Below are positions 8,446 through 16,783 of a stretch of 32,000 nucleotides of DNA, in pieces. Origin of the DNA: Delftia acidovorans NBRC 14950 (GTDB lineage: Bacteria > Pseudomonadota > Gammaproteobacteria > Burkholderiales > Burkholderiaceae_C). Below the pieces are notes generated by a model, which saw only the letters and a list, made by a program, of their open reading frames with translations, made no database searches and was not told where the DNA came from. The stretch covers positions 150,001 to 182,000 of the forward strand of contig NZ_BCZP01000012.1 of the NCBI RefSeq assembly GCF_001598795.1, written 5' to 3'. Both the position numbers and the translations under genes were made by a program. Within the stretch, counting starts at the first letter, position 1. Each line of letters begins with the position of its first letter.

Positions 8446-10205
8446 AGCACCTGCAACAGGAACAGTCAATGCCAGCCCCGGGCCTGAACCGCAGGGCGCT
8501 GCTGCAATGGGGCGCCTTGCTGACGGCGGGCGCCGTGCTGCCCGGCTGCGGCGGTGGAGGCGGGCCGCGCGACGATCTGCCCGAGCCGCAGGCGCTGCGC
8601 TCCGTCAACGGCGTGCTGGAGCTGCACCTGAACGTGGGCTATGCGTCCATGGACATGGACCTGCCGGACAGCGACATCGCGCGCTGGGCCCGCTATCCGG
8701 CCGATCGGCAGCCCGGGCGGCGTCTGGAGCTGCGCAGCTTCAATGGGCGATACACGGCGCCCACGCTGTGGCTGCGCCCCGGCGACACGCTGAAGATGTG
8801 GGTGCACAACCAGCTGCCGGCCTCGCCCCAGGGCTCGGACTGGGCGCTGCTCAACCACCAGAACAGCACCAACATGCATTTCCACGGCCTGCACGTGGAC
8901 CCGCGCGAGATACGGCCCGGCGTGTTTGGCGACTACGTGGTGGACGGGCCGGATGCCGGCATCGCGCCAGGCGCCACGCGCTACCACGAGATCCATCTGC
9001 CAGACGACCACAGTTGCGGCATCTACTGGTACCACCCGCATCTGCACGGCGCCACCAATGCCCAGGTCTCCAGCGGCATGTTCGGCGCCATCATCGTGGC
9101 CGATGCGCAGGACCCGTTCCGTGCCAGCGTGAACATGCGCGAGCGCGTGCTGTTCGCCCACAAGCTCACCGTCAATGCCAAGGGCCGCACCGATACGCTG
9201 GAAGACTCGATGCAGAATCCGGCCGGCGCCTTTTTGCTCAACGGCGCCTACCAGCCCACCATCGTGATGCGGCCCGGCGAGGTGCAGCATTGGCACATCG
9301 TCAATCCTTCGTCGTTCTACCCGCTGCATCCCGTGCTGGACGGGCATGTGATGAATGTCTATGGCCGCGACGGCAACCATTACGGCGGTATCTACCGGCC
9401 GCTGAGCCGGCAGACGGCCGGGCAGCCGCTGGACATGCGCGACTGGCCCGGCAACTACATCTACCCGGGCGGGCGCCTGTCCATGGTGGTGCAGGCATCG
9501 ATGGCGCCGGGCGAGTATTTCCTGCGCGCGGCCGCGTGCCCGTCCTTTCACCGGCCAAGCGGCAACGAGCCCTTTGAGGAGGTGCTGGCCCGGGTGGTGG
9601 TGCAGGGCGAGCCCGTGCAGGCCCGCGTGCCCGACCCGGCCCTGCTGCGCCGGCCCGGCGACTACACGCCCATCACCGATGCCGAACTGGCCAGCCATGG
9701 TGGCGTGCAGCGCGTCCTGCGCCTGGCCGTGCTGGCCGACGACGAGGACAAGGGCGTGCGCGACCCGGCCCTGGCGCCCATGCCGGCCGGCGAGAGCTGG
9801 GTGCTGAAGGTGGGCGGCAACCGATCGGTGTTTGCGGTGGGCACCGAGGCCATGCCGCTGGGCATGTCGCCCATCCATTCCAGCCTCACGCCTGTGCAGA
9901 CCGTGCCCTTCAATGCGGTGGAGGAGTGGACGATCTACAACTACAACGGCTACCCGCATCCCTTTCACATCCACGTCAACGATTGCTATGTGGTCAGGGT
10001 CAACGGCGCTCCGGTGACGCCCTTCTGGGCCGACACCCTGCCCGTGCCGCCGGGCACGGGCAGCAGCGGAGCGGCTGGGGTCACCAAGGGCAGCATCACC
10101 TTTCGCATGCGGTTTGCGGATTTCCACGGCAAGTTCGTCTGGCATTGCCATGCGCTGGACCATGAGGACCTGGGAATGATGCAGATCGTGGATGTGCGGC
10201 CCTGA
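8442..10205 (+). CDS. Three-domain multicopper oxidase with a twin-arginine signal and lipobox
   Basis: All four copper-ligand motifs are present: HFHGLH, WYHPHLHG, HPFHIHV and HCHALDHEDLGMM. The N-terminus NRRALLQWGALLTAGAVLPGCGGGG gives a Tat motif plus LPGC lipobox. AAGGAGG lies 4 nt before GTG 8442, which overlaps the RCC1 stop (GTGA). An alternative ATG is at 8469. Confidence 0.9.
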   Translation: MKHLQQEQSMPAPGLNRRALLQWGALLTAGAVLPGCGGGGGPRDDLPEPQALRSVNGVLELHLNVGYASMDMDLPDSDIARWARYPADRQPGRRLELRSFNGRYTAPTLWLRPGDTLKMWVHNQLPASPQGSDWALLNHQNSTNMHFHGLHVDPREIRPGVFGDYVVDGPDAGIAPGATRYHEIHLPDDHSCGIYWYHPHLHGATNAQVSSGMFGAIIVADAQDPFRASVNMRERVLFAHKLTVNAKGRTDTLEDSMQNPAGAFLLNGAYQPTIVMRPGEVQHWHIVNPSSFYPLHPVLDGHVMNVYGRDGNHYGGIYRPLSRQTAGQPLDMRDWPGNYIYPGGRLSMVVQASMAPGEYFLRAAACPSFHRPSGNEPFEEVLARVVVQGEPVQARVPDPALLRRPGDYTPITDAELASHGGVQRVLRLAVLADDEDKGVRDPALAPMPAGESWVLKVGGNRSVFAVGTEAMPLGMSPIHSSLTPVQTVPFNAVEEWTIYNYNGYPHPFHIHVNDCYVVRVNGAPVTPFWADTLPVPPGTGSSGAAGVTKGSITFRMRFADFHGKFVWHCHALDHEDLGMMQIVDVRP

Positions 10206-10278
10206 AAGCCGGGCTTGTCCTATCGGCCATTCCCGTGCCCTTCCGGCTTCATGCTGCAAGCCCTTGAATTCATTGGCC

Positions 10279-10298
10279 TGCAAGAAATGCTTGCATTT
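10279..10298 (+). terminator. Weak stem-loop plus TTT downstream of the multicopper oxidase gene
   Basis: TGCAAG AAATG CTTGCA followed by TTTG. A second GC hairpin GGGCCG-TGAG-CGGCCC at 10305-10320 lacks a U-tract. Confidence 0.3.
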
Positions 10299-10384
10299 GC
10301 GGGCGGGCCGTGAGCGGCCCGGCCCGAATCGCGTGTGGCACACTTGGCCGCTTTCCGGATTCCACGCCACGGGGCGCCTCTCGA

Positions 10385-12745
10385 ATGCAAAAAATCATTG
10401 GCCAAATCGCCGCAGAACTGAATGTCAAGCCGCAGCAAGTGGGTGCTGCGGTCGAATTGCTTGATGGCGGAGCCACGGTTCCGTTCGTCGCCCGCTACCG
10501 CAAGGAAGTGACCGGCGGCCTGGACGACGCGCAATTGCGCCAGCTCGACGAACGCCTGGGCTATCTGCGCGAGCTGGAAGACCGCCGGGGTACGGTGCTC
10601 AAGGCCATCGACGAGCAGGGCAAGCTGACCGATGCGCTGCGCCTGGCCATTGCCAATGCGCCGACCAAGCAGGAGCTGGAGGACATCTACCTGCCCTTCA
10701 AGCAAAAGCGCCGCACCAAGGGCCAGATTGCCAAGGAATTCGGCATCGAGCCGCTGGCCGACAAGCTGTTTGCCGACCCCACGCTGGACCCGCACAAGGA
10801 GGCCGAGGCCTTCTGCAAGCCCGCCACCACCCTGGACGACGGCAAGCCGGGTCCCGATTTCTCCACCACCTTCGCCGTGCTCGATGGCGTGCGCGACATC
10901 CTGTCCGAGCGCTGGGCCGAAGACCCGGCGCTGGTGCAGAAGCTGCGCGAATGGCTGTGGGAAGACGGCCTGCTGCGCTCCAAGAAGATCGAGGCCAAGA
11001 ACGAGAACGACCCCGAGGTCGCCAAGTTCCGCGACTATTTCGAGTACGACGAACCGATTGGCCGCGTGCCCTCGCACCGCGCCCTGGCCGTGTTCCGCGG
11101 CCGCGCGCTGGAGATCCTCGAAGCCAAGCTGGTTCTTCCCGTGGAGCCCGAGCCCGGCCAGCCCAGCCTGGCCGAAGGCAAGATCGCCCTGCACCTGGGC
11201 TGGAGCCACGCCAAGCGCGCCAGCGACGACCTGATCCGCAAGTGCGTGGCCTGGACCTGGCGCGTCAAGCTGAGCCTGTCCACCGAGCGCGACCTGTTCT
11301 CGCGCCTGCGCGAAGACGCCGAGAAGGTGGCCATCAAGGTCTTTGGCGACAACCTGCGCGACCTGCTGCTGGCCGCGCCTGCGGGCCAGCGCGCCGTCAT
11401 CGGCCTGGACCCGGGCATCCGCACGGGTGTCAAGGTGGCCGTGGTGGACAGCACGGGCAAGCTGGTGGACACCACCACCATCTACCCGCATGAGCCGCGC
11501 CGCGACTGGGACGGCTCCCTGGCCGTGCTGGCCCGCCTGGTCGAAAAGCACCAGATCAACCTGATTGCCATCGGCAACGGCACGGCCAGCCGCGAGACGG
11601 ACAAGCTGGCGGCCGACCTGATCAAGATCGCCAGCAAGGCCGACCGCCAGATCGAGAAGGTCGTGGTCAGCGAGGCCGGCGCTTCCGTGTATTCCGCCAG
11701 CGAGTTCGCCTCGCAGGAAATGCCCGACGTGGACGTGAGCCTGCGCGGCGCCGCCAGCATTGCGCGCCGCCTGCAGGACCCGCTGGCCGAGCTGGTCAAG
11801 ATCGACCCCAAGAGCATTGGCGTGGGCCAGTACCAGCACGACGTGAACCAAAGCGAGCTGGCGCGCCAGCTCGACGCCGTGGTCGAGGACTGCGTGAACT
11901 CCGTGGGCGTGGACCTGAACACGGCCTCAGCGCCGCTGCTGTCGCGCGTCTCGGGCCTGTCGGGCAGCGTGGCCAAGTCGGTGGTGCGCTGGCGCGATGC
12001 CAACGGCTCCTTCAAGAGCCGCAAGCAGCTGATGGACGTGGCTGGCCTGGGCGCCAAGACCTTCGAGCAGGCCGCCGGCTTTCTGCGTATCCGCGGCGGC
12101 GACAACCCGCTGGACATGACGGGCGTGCACCCGGAAACCTATCCCGTGGTCGAACGCATCATTGCCACCACGGGCAAGAGCGTGGACCAGCTCATGGGCC
12201 GCTCCGAGGTGCTCAAGGGCCTGAAGGCCGAGCAGTTCGTGAACGAGCAGTTCGGCGCCATCACCATCAAGGACATCCTGGGCGAGCTGGAAAAGCCCGG
12301 CCGCGATCCGCGCCCGGACTTCGTCGTCGCCCGCTTCAATGACGGCGTGGAAGACATCAAGGACCTCAAGGAAGGCATGACGCTGGAGGGCACGGTCAGC
12401 AACGTGGCCCAGTTCGGCGCCTTCGTGGACCTGGGTGTGCACCAGGATGGCCTGGTCCACGTCAGCCAGATGAGCCACAAGTTCATCGAGGACGCGCGTG
12501 AGGTCGTCAAGACCGGCCAGATCGTCAAGGTCAAGGTGCTGGAGGTCGATGTGGCGCGCAAGCGCATCAGCCTGACCATGAAGCTGGATGCGGCGCCCGC
12601 GCGGCGCGACGGCCCCCGTGACAACCGCTTCGAGAGCGCAGGCCGGGGCAGCCAGGGCCATCAGGGCGGCCAGCGCCGCGCGCCCGAGCCGGCGCAGCAG
12701 TCGGCCATGGCCTCGGCCTTCGCCAAGCTGCAGACCCGCAAGTAA
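10385..12745 (+). CDS. tex: Transcription accessory protein Tex (S1 RNA-binding domain protein)
   Basis: The N-terminus is the conserved Tex start (MQKIIGQIAAELNVKPQQVGAAVELLDGGATVPFVARYRKE). A YqgF/RuvC-like segment (GLDPGIRTGVKVAVVD) and a C-terminal S1 domain (GTVSNVAQFGAFVDLGVHQDGLVHVSQ) are present. About 786 aa. Confidence 0.95.
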   Translation: MQKIIGQIAAELNVKPQQVGAAVELLDGGATVPFVARYRKEVTGGLDDAQLRQLDERLGYLRELEDRRGTVLKAIDEQGKLTDALRLAIANAPTKQELEDIYLPFKQKRRTKGQIAKEFGIEPLADKLFADPTLDPHKEAEAFCKPATTLDDGKPGPDFSTTFAVLDGVRDILSERWAEDPALVQKLREWLWEDGLLRSKKIEAKNENDPEVAKFRDYFEYDEPIGRVPSHRALAVFRGRALEILEAKLVLPVEPEPGQPSLAEGKIALHLGWSHAKRASDDLIRKCVAWTWRVKLSLSTERDLFSRLREDAEKVAIKVFGDNLRDLLLAAPAGQRAVIGLDPGIRTGVKVAVVDSTGKLVDTTTIYPHEPRRDWDGSLAVLARLVEKHQINLIAIGNGTASRETDKLAADLIKIASKADRQIEKVVVSEAGASVYSASEFASQEMPDVDVSLRGAASIARRLQDPLAELVKIDPKSIGVGQYQHDVNQSELARQLDAVVEDCVNSVGVDLNTASAPLLSRVSGLSGSVAKSVVRWRDANGSFKSRKQLMDVAGLGAKTFEQAAGFLRIRGGDNPLDMTGVHPETYPVVERIIATTGKSVDQLMGRSEVLKGLKAEQFVNEQFGAITIKDILGELEKPGRDPRPDFVVARFNDGVEDIKDLKEGMTLEGTVSNVAQFGAFVDLGVHQDGLVHVSQMSHKFIEDAREVVKTGQIVKVKVLEVDVARKRISLTMKLDAAPARRDGPRDNRFESAGRGSQGHQGGQRRAPEPAQQSAMASAFAKLQTRK

Positions 12746-12773
12746 GGCCGGGCAGGGCAAGGCAGGAAACGCG

Positions 12774-13613
12774 ATGGCTGCGCACGCACTGGATCTGCAG
12801 ACGCTGTTGACCCAGACGCTGGCCCTGCCGGCGCAGCCGCGCATTGTTGCGCTGCTGCTGCGCGAGCTGGTGCCCGAGCAGCCCAGCCTGCGCCGGCTGA
12901 GCCAGCTGTTCGCGGCCGATCCCGCGCTGGCTGCCGGGCTGTTGGCGCAGGCCAACGGCCCGGTCTTCGGCATGGCGGGCCGTGTCACCGGCATTCCGGA
13001 GGCGCTGGCCCTGCTGGCGCCCGCGCAGTTGCGCCAGATCGTGCGGGGCATGCCGCTGGGCGTGGGCACGCATGCCGTGCCGGGCGTGGCCATGCCGGCC
13101 TTCTGGCGCTACAGCGTGGATGCCGCACGCGTGGCCCGCGCGCTGGCCGGCACGGTGCAGGCCAGCCCCACGGCGGCCTATGCGGCAGGCCTGCTGCACG
13201 GGCTGGGCGAGCTGGCCATGCACATGATCGATCCCGGCCGCGCGGCCACCATCTCCGAGCTGGTCGGCCCGCTGGACCCGCGCCGTGCCGAACTGGAGAT
13301 GCGGCTGTGCGGCTACGCATACAGCCATGTCAGCGCAGGCCTGGCCCGGCGCTGGAATCTTCCGCCGCTGCTGGCCGACGCGCTGCAGCACCTGCACACG
13401 CCGCTGGCCCAGCCCGGCTTCGATCCCCTGGCCTGCGTGCTGCACATCGCCGCCTGGCGCGCCCGATCGCGCGAGGCGCAATGGGGCGAGCGCGCGCTGG
13501 CCGTGAGCTTTCCCGGCGAAGTGGGGGTGGCCCTGGGCCTGGACATCGACATGGTGCTGCGCCAGGACCCGGTGGACTGGATGGCCGACACGGGCCTGGA
13601 TGTGCTGCTTTAG
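12774..13613 (+). CDS. HDOD domain signalling protein
   Basis: ATG at 12774, 28 nt after tex. HDOD-like features are present (LPAQPRIVALLLRE..., GLLHGLGELAMH). The N-terminal part of listed ORF 12588..13613 overlaps tex and was discarded. Confidence 0.75.
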   Translation: MAAHALDLQTLLTQTLALPAQPRIVALLLRELVPEQPSLRRLSQLFAADPALAAGLLAQANGPVFGMAGRVTGIPEALALLAPAQLRQIVRGMPLGVGTHAVPGVAMPAFWRYSVDAARVARALAGTVQASPTAAYAAGLLHGLGELAMHMIDPGRAATISELVGPLDPRRAELEMRLCGYAYSHVSAGLARRWNLPPLLADALQHLHTPLAQPGFDPLACVLHIAAWRARSREAQWGERALAVSFPGEVGVALGLDIDMVLRQDPVDWMADTGLDVLL

Positions 13614-13633
13614 GGCAGGACCCAGGGCCTGCG

Positions 13634-14899
13634 TCAGTTCCGGTGCCAGGGCGCCGGCACCATGTCGAAAAGCGGCGTGGGGTCGCGCCGGTAGGGCGCA
13701 GGGCTGATGGGCGCCATGGGCTGCATGGTCATGGGGTCGATGCGTGCCAGCTGCTGCATCCAGCCAATGTCCACACCGCCGCCCTGTGCGGGGCGCGAAT
13801 AGATCAACTCCAGCATGCGCCGCGATGCCACATGGCCGTGGGACGCCGCCTGCTGGTACAGGCGCAGGGCCTCGGTGTAGTTGGCCGGCACGCCTTCGCC
13901 ACGGTGATAGCGCTGGGCCTGCTCCCACTGCTGCTGGGCCGTGACGGGCTGGCGCACCTGGATGTCCTGCTCGCTGGGCGAGCCCCGCAACTCCGGCGTG
14001 CGCTGCAGCCGTTGCGGCCCCTGCGCCGCAGGCGGGGCAGACGTGCCCTGGGCCGACACGAGCTGGCCCGCGGGCCGCATGCGGTCGCCCAGCATCTGTG
14101 CATTGGTCGCCGCGCTGGATGAGCGTGGCGCCGCCGCGCGGAACTGGCGCAGGGCGGCCTCGGGCTCGTCCTGCGCGAGCAGGGCCAGGCCCCATTCCAG
14201 CTGGGCGCCGGGGCTGCCCGAACGCGCCGCGCGCTGCAGCAGTTCCTGGTCGGGCGTGCCTGCCACGGTCAAGGCCTCGCCCACGGGCTCGGCCGTGGAC
14301 AGCGGCGCCAGGCGCCGTGCCAGCAGCCATTCCAGGTATTGCGCACGGGCCGGGTCGGTCTTGGCCAGCTGGGCGATCCAGGGCCTTGCGGCCGGTGGAT
14401 CGGGGGGCTGGCCGCAGCCGTCCATGGCGCACCAGGCCAGTCCCGCGCTGGCCAGCGGATGGCCGGCGCGCTGGGCACGCTCGAACCAGTTCCTGGCCTG
14501 TGGCCCGTCCTGGGCCATGGCAATGCCATGCAGTGCCAGCAGGCCCATGACCCATTGCGCCTCGCGCTGCGTGGCTGGGCTCACGCCCTTGCCTTCGGCG
14601 CGGCTGCGCAGTTGGGACAGGGCCCGTTGCTGGGCGGTATCCGAGGTCGAATTGATGTTGCTGGTGCCCGGCTGGGAGCCGTACACGCTGGCCGTCGCCA
14701 CCCGGATGGGCATGACCGGCGTGAAGCGGGCTGCCGCCTGCACATGCGGCAGCACGGCGGGCGCCAGACCGGGCAGCACCACCAGCAGCCCGGGCAGCAC
14801 AAGCCTGGCGGTCAGGCGCAGCCCGCGGCGCCGCCGCGGCGAGGTTTCATGAGCGCTGGAGGGCATGGCAGGTGCCTCTGGTTGGCTTGTGGTCCGCAC
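13634..14899 (-). CDS. Secreted Sel1-like (TPR-type) repeat protein
   Basis: Signal-like N-terminus (RRRRGLRLTARLVLPGLLVVLPGLAPAVLPHVQAAA). Several Sel1-type units are present, e.g. QWEQAQRYHRGEGVPANYTEALRLYQQAASHGHVASRRMLELIY. The start is GTG 14899, 6 nt after the upstream stop, or ATG 14866 with an AGAGG 8 nt upstream. Confidence 0.75.
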   Translation of the reverse strand: MRTTSQPEAPAMPSSAHETSPRRRRGLRLTARLVLPGLLVVLPGLAPAVLPHVQAAARFTPVMPIRVATASVYGSQPGTSNINSTSDTAQQRALSQLRSRAEGKGVSPATQREAQWVMGLLALHGIAMAQDGPQARNWFERAQRAGHPLASAGLAWCAMDGCGQPPDPPAARPWIAQLAKTDPARAQYLEWLLARRLAPLSTAEPVGEALTVAGTPDQELLQRAARSGSPGAQLEWGLALLAQDEPEAALRQFRAAAPRSSSAATNAQMLGDRMRPAGQLVSAQGTSAPPAAQGPQRLQRTPELRGSPSEQDIQVRQPVTAQQQWEQAQRYHRGEGVPANYTEALRLYQQAASHGHVASRRMLELIYSRPAQGGGVDIGWMQQLARIDPMTMQPMAPISPAPYRRDPTPLFDMVPAPWHRN

Positions 14900-14905
14900 C
14901 GTGCA

Positions 14906-16543
14906 TCAGCGCTTGGCCTGGGCCGGCACCACCTGCCAGAAGCGGGCCGAGCCGGTGTACCCATCTGCGCCCAGCGAGCTGGCCATGTACTGGTTGACAT
15001 CCTCCAGGGAGCGCATGCCCGGGATGGCGATGAAGGCCTTGCCCTGCAGCAGGGTGGGCAGCTTGTCGGTCATGTTCTGCTCGGTAGCGAAGCAGGCCAC
15101 GCCTTCCTTGCCGGGAGGGCCGGCGTTGATCACATAGCCGGGGTTGGGGCTCATCCAGTCGGGCAGGCGCACGGACTGGGCGGCGGTGATCCAGCCCGAG
15201 CGGTTCACGTCGTTGGGCACCAGCCGGGTGACCTCGCCATCGGCGCCCGCCATGAAGCACGACAGGTAGGAGGCACGCGACACGGTGGTGGACAGGAAGA
15301 GCTGCTCACCCGTCTCGAAGGAGGTGCGGGTGGGCGTGATGTTCTCCACCCACAGGTCCAGCTTGCGGTCGGGCGCGGGGGCGCCGTAGCGGTAGTCGCC
15401 CGTGCCCACGGCCACGTTCTCGGAGGCGGTGGTGACCGGCGCTGCGCTCTTGGTGTTCCAGCCAATGCGCGTGATGTGCCCATCGGCGCCCACGGCCACG
15501 AAGTCGCGCAGTGCGCGTTCGTAGGTGTTGAAGTCCACCACGCCGCTGACCACCATGCCGCTGTCGGCCTGGAAGCGCCCTATGGCCTCGCGCCACTGCG
15601 GGTTGCCTGCGGTGAAGGCCGGGGCGTCCGGCGGCAGATAGCCCTTGCTGATCAGCGACTGGCGCACCAGTTCCTGGTGGATGCCGGCTTCGCCTTCTTC
15701 GTACCAGTCGCGCAGCTGGCGCTGGAAGTCGGGGTGGGTCTGGTCCAGCGTCAGGCACTGCCAGTAGGGCAGGCGCGACCATTTGCCCAGCAGCTCGATC
15801 ATGCCCAGCTCGACCAGGGTGCGCACGGCCGGGCCCGAGCCCTGGGCATAGTCGCGGCCCACGCTGAACTGCACGCCGTAGGTGCCGATGCGGCCGGACA
15901 GGTCCAGCCCCTGGCTGCCGTTGCCGATGACGACCTCGTTGGCCGAATCCAGGCCCGGGATGATGGTGCGCGTGCGGAAGTCGCCCAGGTGCAGCTCCAT
16001 GCCCAGCACGGCGCCGCTGCGGTTGGCGCTGTAGCCGGTTTCCAGGCGCGAGGCGCTGGTGCCTATGTCCACGTTGTTGCGCAGCACGTTCTGGTCCATG
16101 AAGGACACGGCGCCCGACACATACAGGGCAGGGCGCTGCAGCTGGATCTGGTTGTTGTTGAGCAAGATGGTGGTGAGGTTCTGCACCGTATCCTGGCGGG
16201 CGATGTCCACCTCATAGTCCACGTAGCGGAAGGCACTGCTGACGCGCGACATCTGGGACAGGGCGGTGACCACCATCTCCTTGGCGGCCACGGCCACGCG
16301 GCCCGAGTAGTCGGGCAGCTGCTTGCTGGTGATCAGCACCGTGGGCATGTGGCTGTTGCGGAACATCCTGTCCATGCACATCAGCGAGTCGGAAAAGCTC
16401 GATATCGAGCGCACCGGCCGCACCACGGGGCGGTCGGCCGCATAGACCTTGTCAAGGTACTTGGCGTCCTTGCGCGCATCCAGCGGCGCGCAGCCCGACA
16501 GCAGCACGATGGAGGCCGAGACGGCGCAGGCAATGGCCCGCAT
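14906..16543 (-). CDS. Outer-membrane lipoprotein with three parts: CsgG/HfaB-like secretion-channel domain, peptidoglycan-binding (PG_binding_1-like) domain and DUF4384-like domain
   Basis: ATG 16543 gives MRAIACAVSASIVLLSGC (lipobox, Ala at +2). Residues ~45-265 align by eye with E. coli CsgG blocks (AVAAKEMVVTALSQ vs SATAMLVTALKD; ALYVSGAVSFMDQNV vs NIMVEGSIIGYESNV; GPAVRTLVELGMIELL vs EPVMLCLMSAIETGVIFLI). Residues ~286-345 fit the PG-binding pattern (LVRQSLISKGYL...WREAIGRFQADSGMVVSGVVDFNTYERAL). Residues ~395-490 resemble DUF4384 (LWVENITPTRTSFETGEQLFLSTTVSRASYLSCFMAGADGEVTRLVPND). Confidence 0.8.
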   Translation of the reverse strand: MRAIACAVSASIVLLSGCAPLDARKDAKYLDKVYAADRPVVRPVRSISSFSDSLMCMDRMFRNSHMPTVLITSKQLPDYSGRVAVAAKEMVVTALSQMSRVSSAFRYVDYEVDIARQDTVQNLTTILLNNNQIQLQRPALYVSGAVSFMDQNVLRNNVDIGTSASRLETGYSANRSGAVLGMELHLGDFRTRTIIPGLDSANEVVIGNGSQGLDLSGRIGTYGVQFSVGRDYAQGSGPAVRTLVELGMIELLGKWSRLPYWQCLTLDQTHPDFQRQLRDWYEEGEAGIHQELVRQSLISKGYLPPDAPAFTAGNPQWREAIGRFQADSGMVVSGVVDFNTYERALRDFVAVGADGHITRIGWNTKSAAPVTTASENVAVGTGDYRYGAPAPDRKLDLWVENITPTRTSFETGEQLFLSTTVSRASYLSCFMAGADGEVTRLVPNDVNRSGWITAAQSVRLPDWMSPNPGYVINAGPPGKEGVACFATEQNMTDKLPTLLQGKAFIAIPGMRSLEDVNQYMASSLGADGYTGSARFWQVVPAQAKR

Positions 16544-16750
16544 GCAACCCTGTCTGCCGGACCATCGCTGGCGGAAAGTCCCACGGTCGTCCGCATGGCC
16601 GCCGAGTGCCGGCTGCAGCGCGGCATCGGGGCGGGGAAGTCCTGGCGATGGAAGGCGGTTGCGCATGATGGACCTCTGCTGGAAAACGGCGAGCCAGGGC
16701 ACAGGCGCGCACGGGCGTCGGCGCCGGAAATGGGGGGATCGATAAATGGT

Positions 16751-16774
16751 GGGCGGCCCGAAGGCTGGCCGCCC
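16751..16774 (-). terminator. GC-rich hairpin 9 nt after the 140-aa gene stop (possible terminator or attenuator splitting the locus into two units)
   Basis: GGGCGGCC (16751-16758) pairs with GGCCGCCC (16767-16774) around an 8-nt loop. On the minus strand it is followed by ACCATTTATCGAT, a weak U-tract. It sits in a 240-nt gap before the lipoprotein gene. Confidence 0.45.
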
Positions 16775-16783
16775 TGTGTCGCG

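Noticed and set aside
13614-13633. Terminator between the convergent HDOD and Sel1 genes
   Set aside because: Only a 5-bp stem (GCAGG/CCTGC) is present and there is no U-tract.
16544-16702. N-terminal extension of the CsgG-like ORF (MPWLAVFQQRS...)
   Set aside because: It would bury the lipoprotein signal peptide and lipobox ~50 residues inside the protein. The extension has no signal-like character.
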